NCBI GenBank assembly: GCA_963699755.1
Contig: CAVOVB010000003.1
Location: 704,001 to 768,000 of the forward strand
Direction of reading: 5' to 3'
Origin: an uncultured delta proteobacterium
GTDB lineage: Bacteria > Myxococcota_A > Polyangia > Polyangiales > Houyiibacteriaceae
Length of the DNA stretch: 64,000 nucleotides
The notes under the pieces were generated by a model. The model saw only the letters and a list, made by a program, of their open reading frames with translations. It had not been told where the DNA came from and searched no databases. Below, one piece after another: positions 40,523 through 51,270 of the stretch (the first letter of the stretch is position 1; every line of letters starts with the position of its first letter). A program made the translations under genes and the position numbers.

Positions 40523-40584
40523 AAGCCGACGGGTGGTGGAAACGGACTGCCACCACCACCGCGAATCCAGCCCGTCGGCTTTCT
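40523..40584. terminator. stem-loop between convergent genes
   Basis: AAGCCGACGGG...CCCGTCGGCTT 11-bp stem; alternative GGTGGTGG/CCACCACC pairing inside. Confidence 0.45.
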
Positions 40585-40611
40585 CGTTCGTATGGAAGCG
40601 CAGCCCGCGCT

Positions 40612-41163
40612 TCAGTCCATCGGACCGTGAGGGAGCCGTCGCGCTTCCCGCAGATGCCGGAAGGCGTTGATGCCCCAGCGGGTCACGAAATACAGCGGAG
40701 TTGCGATGAGCAGGCCGCAGATCAGCGCGCCCATCCAAAGCTCGCCGCCGGTGCTCGCCAAGAGCCGCCCGACGTCGGGCCAGAAGTCGCCTTCGAGGAG
40801 TCGGTGGATGCCACCGTCTTTGAGCGCGCGTCCCGCGTTTCCGAGCCAGGTCTGAATCGTCGCGCGGCTGACTTCTCGTTCGGGATGCAAGACCGCAGCA
40901 CCCACTGACCAGGTCGTATAGTAGAGCGGCACTGCGGTGAACGGGTTGCTGATGAACAAGACTGGAATCCCAGAGATCTTGTTGGCGCCGAGCAGCGCCG
41001 CGATCGGGATATACAAGACGATCTGAAGACCAAGGGTCGGCGTGAAGGCGATCATCGCGCCAATGAATACACCCCAGGCGATTCGGTGCGGCGTGTCATC
41101 GAGGTGAAGAATGCTGTGGAAGACGATTTGCTGGAGGCGTCGCCACAGGTCTCGGAGCTTCAT
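40612..41163 (-). CDS. DUF2062-like membrane protein
   Basis: DTPHRIAWG...G..IAFTP..GLQ, ISNPFT pattern; overlaps the oxoprolinase stop. Confidence 0.8.
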   Translation of the reverse strand: MKLRDLWRRLQQIVFHSILHLDDTPHRIAWGVFIGAMIAFTPTLGLQIVLYIPIAALLGANKISGIPVLFISNPFTAVPLYYTTWSVGAAVLHPEREVSRATIQTWLGNAGRALKDGGIHRLLEGDFWPDVGRLLASTGGELWMGALICGLLIATPLYFVTRWGINAFRHLREARRLPHGPMD

Positions 41164-44100
41164 TTCGACTCACCCCATCCACCACCGCCGGGCGTTTCCA
41201 CGCGCAAGATGTCGCCGGGGGAGACTTCCGCGCTGAAGCGGTGCGCGAGTTGCTCGCCGTTGAGTAGGTTCATGCCCGGGGCACCTGGACCGCCGCCGCG
41301 CATACCATAGGGAGGGACCGCACGCCGCTCGGAGAGTACCGATACCCGCATCGGCGCGAGGAACTCGAGCTCGCGGACCAATCCGTCGCCCCCGCGCTGA
41401 GCTCCTGTCCCGCCCGAGCCGCGACGGATCTCGAAGCGGCGAATCCGGATGGGAAACCTGGTTTCGAGAACCTCTGGGTCGGTGCACTTGGAGTTCGTCA
41501 TGTGTGTATGGACCGCGGATGCGCCCGCTCGGCGCTCAGTTGCGCCCGCTCCCCCGCCCAGGGTTTCGTAGTATGCGAAGCGATCGTCACCGAAGGTGAC
41601 ATTGTTCATGGTCCCCTGGCTTGCGGCGGCGAGGCCGAGGGCGCCGAATAGCACGTCGACCACCCGCTGAGAGGTCTCGACGTTCCCAGCGGCTACCGCT
41701 CGGTCGGGCCCTGGGCTGAGGAGCGAACCTTCGGGGATCCGAACGCGGACGGGGCGCATGCAGCCGCCATTGAGGGGGATCGGCTTGCCGACGAGCACGC
41801 GAAGTACGTAGAGGATTGCCGCCATCGTGACAGCTCGGGGCGCGTTTAGGTTGCTGTCGAGCGCCCGGTCTGTGCCCTCGAAGTCGATCTCCATTTCGCC
41901 GCCGCGAACCGTGATGCGAACCGCAATGCGCGCGCCATCATCCAGGCGGTCTTCAAACCGGTGCTCGCCGTCGGGTAGGCCTTCGATCGCCAGAGTTGTG
42001 AGCTCGGCGGCGTTGTCTTGGATGTGCTGCATGTATGCCGAGACGACTTGAATGCCGTATCGCGCGAGAAGCTCGTCGAGGAGTCGCATACCTTTTTCGT
42101 TGGCGGCGATTTGAGCCTGGATGTCGGCCAGGTTCTCCTCAGGATTGCGCGCAGGGTACGGGCCGGCGCTCAGCGCGTCGCGCAGCAGTTGCTCGTGGAA
42201 TGTCTCGTTCTCGACGATTTCGAGGCTCCGCAAGATGACGCCCTCTTCTTCGAGCCGGGTCGAGGACGGGGGCATGGAGCCCGGGGTGAGCCCGCCAACA
42301 TCAGCGTGATGCCCACGCGATGCGACGACGAAGCGGAGCGTTCCGTCGGCATCGTGCACCGGAGTGACGACCGTAATGTCGGGCAGGTGCGACCCCCCCG
42401 CGGACGGATCATTGGTCACGAAGACCCCACCGGGCTTCGCGTGTGGATGCGCGGCGAGGATCGAGCGAACCGATTCGCTCATGGCGCCTAGGTGCACCGG
42501 AATGTGCGGCGCGTTGGCGACCAGGCTGCCTGTTGCATCGAAAACCGCGCACGAGAAATCGAGGCGGTCTCGAATGTTGGTGCTCATCGCCGTGCGCTGC
42601 AAGACCACCCCCATTTGCTCGGCAATCGATTTGAACTGATTGTTGAACACCTCGAGGAGCACGGGGTCGACATCGGTGTCGGCGGTTTCGCGCGCGGATT
42701 TCATCTCGCGGTCTCGCAAAATGAGGTAGCCGCGCTGATCTCGAACGGCGACGAAGCCAAGATCGACGACGATCGTACCGGTGGAGTCCAACACGAGCGC
42801 GGGTCCGGGGATCTCCAGGTCGATCGGGAGGCTTTCCCGCAGGTAGACCCGGGCATCGACCAGAGCCCCGGGCGACGAGAGCTTGATCGCGCGAATTGGC
42901 TCGCCTGAGCCAGCCGCGGCAGGCGGAAGCTCTGGTCTTGTGCTTCGCAACTCCACAGCCAGCCGTAGCGTGGCCGCCTCGACGGGGTGGTCAGGCCGCG
43001 CGTATCCGAACTCGCGCAGATGAAGCGCTTCGAATGCCGCGCGCATCTGCTTTGCGTCCGCCCAGTCGACTGCGAGGGTCGCCTCGGTACCCCGATAGCG
43101 AAGCGCGACCTGGCGCCGGATGCGCCACTGGGCACCCGGCCCGAGGTCTGGCTCGAGGGCTGCGCGCCCCGACGCTTCGAGCGTCGAGAAGGCTCGCTCC
43201 CATCCTTCGGGCAAGGGCTGGCCGAGGCTTGCGCGCCCGGCGTCGCGTTCACCGTGCCACTCGAAGTTGGCGACCCCCATTCCGAACGCCGACAAGACGC
43301 CAGCGTAGGGGTGAAACACCAGGGTCCGAATACCGAGGCGCCGCGCGATGAGGCAGGCGTACTGACCAGCTGCACCGCCAAAGACCACCATGGCGTGCGT
43401 GCGCACGTCGTGGCCGCGACCGACGGACACCTTCTGAATGGCTGCCGCCATGTTTTCCACCGCGACGCGTAAGAAGCCCAGCGCCACGTCGTTGGCGCTG
43501 CGCTCGATTCCCGATGCGCGTAGCTCGGCTGCAATCTTGGCGAGCTTCTTTCTCGGTCGATCTTCGTTCAGCGCAAATGGAAATCGGTCGGCTGCGATGC
43601 GCCCGAGGCATAGCGAAACGTCGGTGAGCGTCAGCTCCTCGGCGCCCGGATTTCCGTAGCAAAGCGGCCCCGGGTCGGCGCCCGCGCTCTGCGGTCCCAC
43701 GGTCATGCGTCTTGCTTCGAGCCTACAGATCGAGCCTCCTCCCGCGGCCACCGTATGGAGCTCGATCATCGGTGCGCGGATTCGAACGCCCCCGATTTGG
43801 CTTTCGAATACACGGGACAGCTCGCCCGCGTACCGCGAGACGTCCGTCGAAGTGCCGCCCATGTCGAAGCCGATGACCTCGGAAAGCCCGAGCTCTTCTG
43901 CAACCGCAGTCGTCGCAACCACACCTGCGGCCGGTCCGGAAAGCACGGCGTTGCGTCCGATGAAGGCCGATGCGGCCACCAGCCCACCGTTGCTTTGCAT
44001 CATGCGCAGCCGCTCCGGCCCAAGCTCCTTTTCAAGCTCCAGCATGTAATGTGTCAGCAAGGGGGTGAGATACGCATTGGCACTGGTGGTGTCGGTGCGA

Positions 44101-44699
44101 CCGAGGAGCCCGAGCTCGTTCGATATCCGGTGAGAGACAGAGATGTGCGCGAAGCCAAGCTCTTCTGCGATTGCGGCCACTCGATTCTCCAAGGACCCAT
44201 CGAGGTAGGAGTGCATGAGCGAGACGGCCACGGCCTTGGCGCCTCGTGTGCGGGCCCCCTCGAGCGCCTGGCGGAGAGCGACGGGATCGAGACCGCGCAG
44301 GATGGAGCCATCGGCCCCCATCCGAGCATCCAGCTCGATCACCTCTTTGGGGAGCGGCGTTGGCTTCTCGATCTCGAGGGCGAAAAGGTCCGGTCGCGTC
44401 TGGTCCCCGATTTGGATCAGGTCGCCCAAGCCTTCGTCGGCGATCAGGACCGACGGACACCCAGCGCGTTCGAGCAGCGCGTTGGTGGCCAGGGTCGTCC
44501 CCATTCGGACTTCGCTCGGCGGGATCGGATCGTCCGCCCCAAGTCCCAGGAGCGTGCGAATCCCCTCGAGCGGCGCTTGGTCGGAAGAGAGGACCTTGGT
44601 GACCTGAGTGGCGCCGGTAAGCCGATCTCGGTGGATGCAGTCCGTGAAGGTCCCCCCACGGTCAATCCAGAACTGGTGACGGGGACTCGGCTGCGCCAT
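41160..44699 (-). CDS. 5-oxoprolinase (fused hydantoinase A/B)
   Basis: [64 protein letters not shown]. Confidence 0.95.
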   Translation of the reverse strand: MAQPSPRHQFWIDRGGTFTDCIHRDRLTGATQVTKVLSSDQAPLEGIRTLLGLGADDPIPPSEVRMGTTLATNALLERAGCPSVLIADEGLGDLIQIGDQTRPDLFALEIEKPTPLPKEVIELDARMGADGSILRGLDPVALRQALEGARTRGAKAVAVSLMHSYLDGSLENRVAAIAEELGFAHISVSHRISNELGLLGRTDTTSANAYLTPLLTHYMLELEKELGPERLRMMQSNGGLVAASAFIGRNAVLSGPAAGVVATTAVAEELGLSEVIGFDMGGTSTDVSRYAGELSRVFESQIGGVRIRAPMIELHTVAAGGGSICRLEARRMTVGPQSAGADPGPLCYGNPGAEELTLTDVSLCLGRIAADRFPFALNEDRPRKKLAKIAAELRASGIERSANDVALGFLRVAVENMAAAIQKVSVGRGHDVRTHAMVVFGGAAGQYACLIARRLGIRTLVFHPYAGVLSAFGMGVANFEWHGERDAGRASLGQPLPEGWERAFSTLEASGRAALEPDLGPGAQWRIRRQVALRYRGTEATLAVDWADAKQMRAAFEALHLREFGYARPDHPVEAATLRLAVELRSTRPELPPAAAGSGEPIRAIKLSSPGALVDARVYLRESLPIDLEIPGPALVLDSTGTIVVDLGFVAVRDQRGYLILRDREMKSARETADTDVDPVLLEVFNNQFKSIAEQMGVVLQRTAMSTNIRDRLDFSCAVFDATGSLVANAPHIPVHLGAMSESVRSILAAHPHAKPGGVFVTNDPSAGGSHLPDITVVTPVHDADGTLRFVVASRGHHADVGGLTPGSMPPSSTRLEEEGVILRSLEIVENETFHEQLLRDALSAGPYPARNPEENLADIQAQIAANEKGMRLLDELLARYGIQVVSAYMQHIQDNAAELTTLAIEGLPDGEHRFEDRLDDGARIAVRITVRGGEMEIDFEGTDRALDSNLNAPRAVTMAAILYVLRVLVGKPIPLNGGCMRPVRVRIPEGSLLSPGPDRAVAAGNVETSQRVVDVLFGALGLAAASQGTMNNVTFGDDRFAYYETLGGGAGATERRAGASAVHTHMTNSKCTDPEVLETRFPIRIRRFEIRRGSGGTGAQRGGDGLVRELEFLAPMRVSVLSERRAVPPYGMRGGGPGAPGMNLLNGEQLAHRFSAEVSPGDILRVETPGGGGWGESK

Positions 44700-44897
44700 C
44701 GAGCTTCGCATCGAAGCACGGCGGCCGGTAGGGTCAAGAGACAGTGCACGATCTGCAAATCGAGGTGCAAAAATAGCCCAAAGGGCTTATGATAGGCCGA
44801 TATATCGAGGTTCGCTCCACCGGATCTGAGAATTTTTCTGGTTTTCAAACGAGTTTCCTGGACTTATACAGGCCAGCAAGTCAAGGAACTGAGGTCG

Positions 44898-46424
44898 ATG
44901 GAGACAGAAGAATTCACTGTCTCGTCCGTGATACCCGCAAGTCCAAACCGTATTTATTCCGCGTGGATGGACGAGCGCCACCACACCGCGTTCAGCGGAG
45001 CGCGGGCGACGGTGGACCCCTGGGTAGGCGGTCGAGTCGTTGCAGACGATGGTTTCATCGATGCAACCCATGTCTATCTGGTGACCGGTAGCCGTATCGC
45101 GATGACCTGGCGAACCCGCGACTTCCCAAAGGGCGCGAACGATTCGCAGGTGGACATCACCTTCGAGCCTGTCGCGGGTGGCACGAGAGTCGAGGTGACC
45201 CACAGCAACATTCCCCCCGGCTTGGGACAGGCCTGCGAGAAGATCTGGAACACCTTGTACTTGGAACCGATGACGAAGTACTTCGGTGAGCCCGATGCGA
45301 TGCGCGCGGCCTACAAGGCCGCCAAGAAGGCCGGGCATTTGCCGCTCTCCGGAATCAAGGCGAGCCGGCCTGGACCTAGACGCCCTTTTGTTCCGCCACC
45401 GCCGCTTCCCGCCGAGGAGCCTAGCGAAGACGAAGACGAGGAGAAGCCGAAGAAGCCCCGGAAGCGAGTGGAAACGAAAACGATCGATCTTCGGGAGCTC
45501 GCGCAGGCCCAGGCCGAAGCGCGCCAGCTGGCTGCACAGAAGAAAGCGGAGGCCAAGAAGAAAGCCGAGGCGGTGCGCCGGGAGGCCGAAGCAGCGCGTA
45601 AGAAGCTCGAGGCCAAGAAGAAGGCCGAGGCTCTGAAAGCCAAGCGGGCCGAAGACAAGCGCATCGCAGCAGAGAAGAGGCGAATCGCTCTTGAAAAGAA
45701 GCAGGCCGCCGCCGAGAAGAAGGCCGAGCTTGCTCGCAAGAAGGCGGAGGCCAAGGAGAAGGCTGCCGCGATCAAGCGCAAGAAAGCGGAAGCCAAGAGG
45801 AACGCTGCCGCGAAGAAGAAGGCTGCTGCAAAGAAGGCCGCCGCGAAGAAGAAGGCTGCCGCGATCAAGCGCAAGAAAGCGGAAGCCAAGAGGAACGCTG
45901 CCGCGAAGAAGAAGGCTGCTGCAAAGAAGGCCGCCGCGAAGAAGAAGGCTGCTGCAAAGAAGGCCGCCGCGAAGAAGCGTCCGGCCCCGAAGAGGCGCGG
46001 TGTGACGAAGAAGCGGGCTGCCGCGAAGAAGCGTCCGGCCCCGAAGAGGCGCGGTGCGACGAAGAAACGCGGTGTGACGAAGAAACGCGGTGTGACGAAG
46101 AAACGCGGTGTGACGAAGAAACGCGGTGTGACGAAGAAACGCGGTGTGACGAAGAAACGCGGTGTGACGAAGAAACGCGGTGTGACGAAGAAGCGGGCTG
46201 CCGCGAAGAAGAAGGTCGCCGCAAAGAGGCGTCCGGCCGCGAAGAAGCGCGGTGCGACGAAGAAGCGAGCTGCCGTGAAGAAGAAGGCCGCCGCGAAGAA
46301 GCGACCAGCCCCGAAGAAGCGCGGTGCGACGAAGAAGCGGGCTGCCGCGAAGAAGAAGGTCGTCCCAAAGAGGCGAAGCAAGGCGCCTGCCAAGAAGGCC
46401 AAGCGCCGCTCGTCACGACGCTAG
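44898..46424 (+). CDS. SRPBCC/AHSA1-domain protein with long histone-H1-like Lys/Ala/Arg tail
   Basis: N-terminal ~125 aa START-like pattern (IPASPNRIYSAW...TWRT..F...SQVDITF....GGTRVEVTH); C-terminal KKAAAKK/KKRGVT repeats. Confidence 0.85.
   Translation: METEEFTVSSVIPASPNRIYSAWMDERHHTAFSGARATVDPWVGGRVVADDGFIDATHVYLVTGSRIAMTWRTRDFPKGANDSQVDITFEPVAGGTRVEVTHSNIPPGLGQACEKIWNTLYLEPMTKYFGEPDAMRAAYKAAKKAGHLPLSGIKASRPGPRRPFVPPPPLPAEEPSEDEDEEKPKKPRKRVETKTIDLRELAQAQAEARQLAAQKKAEAKKKAEAVRREAEAARKKLEAKKKAEALKAKRAEDKRIAAEKRRIALEKKQAAAEKKAELARKKAEAKEKAAAIKRKKAEAKRNAAAKKKAAAKKAAAKKKAAAIKRKKAEAKRNAAAKKKAAAKKAAAKKKAAAKKAAAKKRPAPKRRGVTKKRAAAKKRPAPKRRGATKKRGVTKKRGVTKKRGVTKKRGVTKKRGVTKKRGVTKKRGVTKKRAAAKKKVAAKRRPAAKKRGATKKRAAVKKKAAAKKRPAPKKRGATKKRAAAKKKVVPKRRSKAPAKKAKRRSSRR
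45759..45944 (+). repeat. 93-bp tandem duplication (31-aa unit)
   Basis: ATCAAGCGCAAGAAAGCGGAAGCC... at 45771 and 45864. Confidence 0.85.
46059..46184 (+). repeat. 7 perfect 18-bp tandem repeats (ACGAAGAAACGCGGTGTG; TKKRGV)
   Basis: Directly visible perfect in-frame tandem array. Confidence 0.95.
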
Positions 46425-46948
46425 TCGAGGGGGGACTCGGCTTGACGCCGCAAGCCGTCCAAGAGCGAGTCGAGGGCGCGATGCTCCTGGGCTTGCTCGA
46501 TGATGGTGAGCTCCTCGAGCTCGCCGTCGTCGAGGCTTGCGGCGAGCCAGAGCTGCATGGCCTCGAGCGCCGACAAGAGACTCAAGCTTCTCCCAGGAAG
46601 GGCCAAGGCCGCGCTCGAGACCTTGGCCTCGCGCAGGGTCTCCGCGATCAGCGCGCAGGCCTTCTTGGCAATGCTCTTGTCGAAGGCGGAGCTAGCGCCG
46701 AGCCCCACGAGAAGGAGGGCTTCGGATTGGAGCTTTGTCGGGTTGGTCAGCAGGGCCCTTTCGCCGAAGCTCCCGTCGACATAGCCGGCCATGAGCTTTC
46801 TCGAGAGCGCCCCGCAGAGGCGCCAGTCGATCAACCCCGCGGCTCCACAGAGCGGGCGTTCGTCGGAGAAGAAGGGGAGAACGATGACTTCGGCTTGGAG
46901 CTCGTCCAAGCTCCGTGCCGCAGTCGTGACGAAATCGTAAGCGATCAC
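46421..46948 (-). CDS. stand-alone peptidase M17 N-terminal-like domain protein
   Basis: PFFSDERPL.GAAGLIDWRLCG.LSR, LLLVGLG; no catalytic domain; coupled to nusB. Confidence 0.7.
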   Translation of the reverse strand: MIAYDFVTTAARSLDELQAEVIVLPFFSDERPLCGAAGLIDWRLCGALSRKLMAGYVDGSFGERALLTNPTKLQSEALLLVGLGASSAFDKSIAKKACALIAETLREAKVSSAALALPGRSLSLLSALEAMQLWLAASLDDGELEELTIIEQAQEHRALDSLLDGLRRQAESPLD

Positions 46949-47364
46949 GACTTCCCGAGCTCGGTGGCGATGCGATCGAGAACGCCGTTGACGAAGGAGC
47001 CGCTCCCCTCGGAACCAAAGCGTTTGGCGAGCTCGACCGCTTCATTCAGGGTTACTCGTTTGGGGATGTCGTTCATTTCACGAAGCTCTACGATCGCGAC
47101 ACGCAGCACGTTGCGATCGACGATCGGCATCCGTTCGATGCGCCAGTGGTGGCTCGATGAACGGATGAGATCGTCGACGTCGTCTTTGTGGTCGGCATAG
47201 GCGCGCACCAGCTGGTTTGCGAATTCGACATCTTCGACGGGCTCGTCGTCGTGACTCAGATGGCCCCAGTACGACCTGATTGCCTGCGTGCCGCTCACGC
47301 CCGAAACATCCATGAAGTACAGGATGCGAAGAGCGGCTTCACGGCCTTTTCGTCGTGATCCCAT
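46945..47364 (-). CDS. nusB: transcription antitermination factor NusB
   Basis: RRKGREAAL, WRIERMPIVDRNVLR, NEAVELAKRFG, FVNGVLD. Confidence 0.96.
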   Translation of the reverse strand: MGSRRKGREAALRILYFMDVSGVSGTQAIRSYWGHLSHDDEPVEDVEFANQLVRAYADHKDDVDDLIRSSSHHWRIERMPIVDRNVLRVAIVELREMNDIPKRVTLNEAVELAKRFGSEGSGSFVNGVLDRIATELGKS

Positions 47365-47845
47365 CGTCCGCAAGCTTTCGATCGAACACCGCCATCTCGA
47401 TAGCAGTCAGCGCGGCGTCGCGACCCTTGTTGCCGTGGGTGCCACCAGCGCGGTCAAACGCCTGGGCGTCGTCGTCGGTCGTGAGCACTCCGAAGACCAC
47501 CGGAACCTCGGTGTCCAGGCTGACACGTCCCAGGCCAAGAGCGGTCCCTTCCGAGACGTAGTCGAAGTGCGGAGTGCCCCCGCGAATGACTGCGCCGAGT
47601 GCGACTACGGCATCGAAACGCTTGCTCTTCGCGAGCTGTTGTGCGGCGTACGGCAGCTCCCATGCGCCGGGCACCTCCACGACGTAGACCGATTCGTCCG
47701 GCACGCCGTGCTCGGAAAAACACTCCTTGGCTCCCTCGAGGAGCTTGCCCACTACCGGATGGTTGAAGCGGGACCAGACGATTGCAAAGCGCGCGTCAGC
47801 CGGTGCCGCGACCTCGATCAGTGGCTGATTGTGGTCGTCACTCAT
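47339..47845 (-). CDS. ribH: 6,7-dimethyl-8-ribityllumazine synthase
   Basis: SRFN, VPGAWELP, GAVIRGGTPHFDYV, FGVLT, NKG. Confidence 0.96.
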   Translation of the reverse strand: MSDDHNQPLIEVAAPADARFAIVWSRFNHPVVGKLLEGAKECFSEHGVPDESVYVVEVPGAWELPYAAQQLAKSKRFDAVVALGAVIRGGTPHFDYVSEGTALGLGRVSLDTEVPVVFGVLTTDDDAQAFDRAGGTHGNKGRDAALTAIEMAVFDRKLADDGITTKRP

Positions 47846-48999
47846 TTGGAATCTTGCGCTGTATGCAAAGGTGCCGGAGTGAGCTCACCGCCAGGCGCGA
47901 CAAGGAGTTGTTCGCCCACGTTGAGCCCATACGCGTCGAGGCTCGGGATGCGCCGCGGTCGATTGGTGAGTAGCCGCAACTGTTGGAGCCCCAGGTCCGA
48001 AAGCACCTGCGCACCGAAACCGTATTCGCGGAGCACCAAACCAGGCTCCTCCGGCGATCGCGGGAGCGGCTCGTCTAGGTAGAAGGCGAGATCGGTTTCG
48101 GGATCGGGATGCCCGGGCAAGAAAAGGATCACGCCGTTGCCGTTGCGTTCGATCGCGGCCACACAGTCGGCGATGTGGACGCGTGCACCCATGCGCACCT
48201 GAAAGGCGTCCCCGAGCACGCTCCCTCGATGCACACGCACCAGCGTTGGGGCCGACGTGAGCTCACCGAGGCTCAGGGCCATGAACTGCTCCTCGCCGCC
48301 GACCTGGACCTGGTACACCGAAGCGGTCCAGGTACGGCCCGTTGGCATTTCGACCGGCGTCTGCCGGATTCTGGTGACCAGGCGTTCGCGCGCGAGGCGG
48401 TATTGGATCAGGTCCGCGATGGTGAGCATGCGCAGCTCGTGCTGTTCGGCGAAGGCGACGAGGTCCGCGTAGCGAGCCATCGTGCCGTCGTCTTTCATGA
48501 TCTCGCAGATGACGCTGGCTGGTTTCAATCCCGCGAGTCGTGAGAGATCGACGGAACCCTCGGTGTGGCCGGTACGCTGAAGGACGCCACCCGCGACCGC
48601 CTTGAGCGGGAACACGTGCCCCGGACTCACCAAGTCGGCCGGCCCCGCTTCATCTGCCACCGCGGTCAGAATCGTATGCGCTCGGTCGCCGGCGCTGATT
48701 CCCGTCGTAACACCCTTGCGGGCCTCGATCGAGATCGTGAACGCCGTAGAACGCGACGAGCGGTTGTCGTCGACCATCATCGGAAGATCGAGCTGGCGGA
48801 TCCGGTCCTCGGTCAAGCTGAGACAAATCAGCCCGCGCGCGTGTCGTGCCATGAAATTGATGCTTTCAGCGCTTGCCATTTCGGCAGCCATGCACACGTC
48901 GCCTTCGTTTTCGCGGTCCTCGTCGTCGACAAGGATGACCATTTTGCCTCCGCGGATGTCATCCAATGCCGCGACGACCCGCTCGATCGCGCTCGTCAT
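47842..48999 (-). CDS. ribB: DHBP synthase fused to a degenerate GTP-cyclohydrolase-II-like domain (RibBX-type)
   Basis: [31 protein letters not shown]-terminal domain lacks the Zn-binding Cys residues. Confidence 0.92.
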   Translation of the reverse strand: MTSAIERVVAALDDIRGGKMVILVDDEDRENEGDVCMAAEMASAESINFMARHARGLICLSLTEDRIRQLDLPMMVDDNRSSRSTAFTISIEARKGVTTGISAGDRAHTILTAVADEAGPADLVSPGHVFPLKAVAGGVLQRTGHTEGSVDLSRLAGLKPASVICEIMKDDGTMARYADLVAFAEQHELRMLTIADLIQYRLARERLVTRIRQTPVEMPTGRTWTASVYQVQVGGEEQFMALSLGELTSAPTLVRVHRGSVLGDAFQVRMGARVHIADCVAAIERNGNGVILFLPGHPDPETDLAFYLDEPLPRSPEEPGLVLREYGFGAQVLSDLGLQQLRLLTNRPRRIPSLDAYGLNVGEQLLVAPGGELTPAPLHTAQDSK

Positions 49000-49055
49000 A
49001 TGGCCGCCACCATGACGCGAAAGAGGCCGCCTATCCAGCGGACCGCTGCAAATGC

Positions 49056-49661
49056 TCAGCCTTCGGGGGCGTCCACGCCGGGCTTGCCCATCAGGCTCGC
49101 CACGTACTTGGCGAGAATGTCTACCTCGAGGTTGACCTCGGTGCCGGTGGCCATCTCTGCGAAGGTGGTCTCGTCGAGGGTATACGGCACCAGCATCACG
49201 TCAAAACGGCTACCTGCGACCGTGTTCACGGTCAGGCTGACGCCATTTACGGCAATCGAGCCCTTGGGCGCCAAGAACGGGGCGAGCCGCGCGGGAACTT
49301 CGAAGCTCGCGCGAACGTACTCCCCTTCGCGAGCCCTCGAGACCAGCGCCCCCACACCATCGACGTGCCCCGTGACCAGATGGCCGCCCAAACGATCTCC
49401 GAGCGCGAGCGCGCGCTCGAGGTGAACCTTCGCGCCTTCCTCGAGGTTTCCGAGGTTGGTCTTGTCGATGGTTTCGAGCGATGCGTCGGCCTCGAACTGT
49501 CGCTCGTCGAATGACTTCACGGTCAAACACGTTCCGTCTACGGCGATCGATTCGCCGAGACGGTACGGGTGCATCGCGCAGGCGATGCGAATCCTGAGCC
49601 CATCCTCGCGTCGCTCCAGCTGCTCGACGGTCCCTAGCTGTTCTATCAAACCAGTGAACAT
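49056..49661 (-). CDS. ribE: riboflavin synthase (alpha chain)
   Basis: MFTGL, GESIAVDGTCLT, LGGHLVTGHVD, KGSIAVNGVSLT. Confidence 0.96.
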   Translation of the reverse strand: MFTGLIEQLGTVEQLERREDGLRIRIACAMHPYRLGESIAVDGTCLTVKSFDERQFEADASLETIDKTNLGNLEEGAKVHLERALALGDRLGGHLVTGHVDGVGALVSRAREGEYVRASFEVPARLAPFLAPKGSIAVNGVSLTVNTVAGSRFDVMLVPYTLDETTFAEMATGTEVNLEVDILAKYVASLMGKPGVDAPEG

Positions 49662-50765
49662 TTACTCCATCCTCTCGAAGTCGCCGGAGAACAACCAGTC
49701 GGACCCCAGCGCTTGAACCTTCGTGTGCACCAGGCGCAAGGCGCTTTCGATGGACTCGGAACCCGCGCCCGCCGCAAACGAGAGCGCGTCGGCATCCCCT
49801 AAGATGCGAGGTGCAACGAAAATCGCTGCGCGGTCAGCCAGGCCCAGGTCGAGGAATGTCCCGTGGACGTGTGCGCCGCCCTCGACGAGGAGTCGCACCA
49901 CACCCCGCTCGCCAAGGCGCTCCAACGCTTCCCGAAGGTCGACCCCTCTCGGGTGCCGGGACACGGGGATGAGCTCGACGCCCTGCCCCATCAGACCCTC
50001 GCGACGCGAAGAGTCGGCGTCGCTCGCATGAAAGATCAGCGTGCCCGCGTTCGAGCGACGGCGAAGGTCGAGCACCGCAGCATCGGGGGGCGTTCTCAGG
50101 TCGGCGTCGAGAACGACACGCACAGGGTCTATTCCTTCGACGTGCCGAACCGTGAGCTTCGGGTCGTCGCGCAGGACGGTACCTACGCCGACCAAAATCG
50201 CGTCGCTGCGATCGCGCATCCGGTGGGCCTCGGTCCGCGCTTGCTGCCCGGTGATCCATTTCGAATCGCCGGTACGCGTCGCGATCTTGCCGTCCAGTGT
50301 CACGGCGGCTTTGAGCGTGACGAACGGGAGGCCGGTCTGGATGTGCTTGGCGAAGTCGGCGACCAGGCTTGCACACTCGCGTTCCATTAAGCCGACCTCG
50401 ACCTCGACGCCCGCGGCCCGTAGGCGCTCGACTGCGCCCGCGACGTGCGGCGCCGGGTCGCGGCAACCGATGACAACTCGGGTGATCCCTGCGTCGAGAA
50501 TCGCCTCGGTGCATGGGCCGGTTCGGCCTTGGTGGTTGCAGGGTTCCAGAGTCACGAACAGCGTTGCGCCCTCGAGCGACCCTGCTGCGTGCCGAATCGC
50601 ATCGACCTCCGCATGCGCCTCGCCGGCTTTCTCGTGGTGCCCGACGGAGAGGACCTCTTGATCACGGACGATCGCGGCGCCTACGTGCGGGTTCGGGCTC
50701 GGACGACCGCGCTTGGCTTCTGCGAGCGCTCGCTCCATCACCCCGCGTTCGAACTCCGACCACAT
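49662..50765 (-). CDS. ribD: bifunctional riboflavin deaminase/reductase
   Basis: PNPHVG, HAE, TLEPCNH.GRTGPC, TLDG, SKWIT, VEGG; ATG at 50765. Confidence 0.96.
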   Translation of the reverse strand: MWSEFERGVMERALAEAKRGRPSPNPHVGAAIVRDQEVLSVGHHEKAGEAHAEVDAIRHAAGSLEGATLFVTLEPCNHQGRTGPCTEAILDAGITRVVIGCRDPAPHVAGAVERLRAAGVEVEVGLMERECASLVADFAKHIQTGLPFVTLKAAVTLDGKIATRTGDSKWITGQQARTEAHRMRDRSDAILVGVGTVLRDDPKLTVRHVEGIDPVRVVLDADLRTPPDAAVLDLRRRSNAGTLIFHASDADSSRREGLMGQGVELIPVSRHPRGVDLREALERLGERGVVRLLVEGGAHVHGTFLDLGLADRAAIFVAPRILGDADALSFAAGAGSESIESALRLVHTKVQALGSDWLFSGDFERME

Positions 50766-50766
50766 G

Positions 50767-51216
50767 TCAGTCCTTGAGTTTCGCGAGCACATCGACGAAT
50801 TCATCGATGCCCTGGAAGTCCCGGTAGACGCTTGCAAATCGTACATAGGCAACCGGGTCCAGGGCTCGAAGCTCGTGCAAGACATGCTCTCCGAGCAGCG
50901 CGGAGGGAACCTCCTGCTCCCCCGTGTCGACGAGCCAGCGTTCGACGTGGTGCAGGAAACGCTCCAGCGCTTCGGCCGAGACCGGTCGCTTGACGCAGGC
51001 GCGCCGTAGCCCCGCGAGGAGCTTTGCGCGGTCATAAGGTTGGCGGCGGCCGTCGTTCTTGATGATGAGAGGCAGTGTTTGCTCCACCCGTTCGTAGGTG
51101 GTGTACCGCCTACCGCAATGCTCGCACTCCCGCCGGCGCCGTGTGACCTCTCCCGCCTGCGAGAGGCGAGAATCGATCACACGGTTTTCCAAAGTTCCGC
51201 AGTAGGGGCAGCGCAT
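50767..51216 (-). CDS. nrdR: transcriptional repressor NrdR
   Basis: MRCPYC, RRRREC..C..RYTTYE, ATP cone, VAYVRFASVY. Confidence 0.97.
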   Translation of the reverse strand: MRCPYCGTLENRVIDSRLSQAGEVTRRRRECEHCGRRYTTYERVEQTLPLIIKNDGRRQPYDRAKLLAGLRRACVKRPVSAEALERFLHHVERWLVDTGEQEVPSALLGEHVLHELRALDPVAYVRFASVYRDFQGIDEFVDVLAKLKD

Positions 51217-51270
51217 ATGCGCGCAGAAGCTAGCGCCGGCTTCGTGCCGGAGCAATGCAGCGGCTCGCCC

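Noticed and set aside
46059..46184. Possible CRISPR array
   Set aside because: Contiguous 18-bp tandem repeats without spacers, in frame in a CDS; no cas genes
45311..46402. Phe/Ala-rich membrane-like minus-strand ORF
   Set aside because: Reverse complement of the Lys/Ala repeat tail
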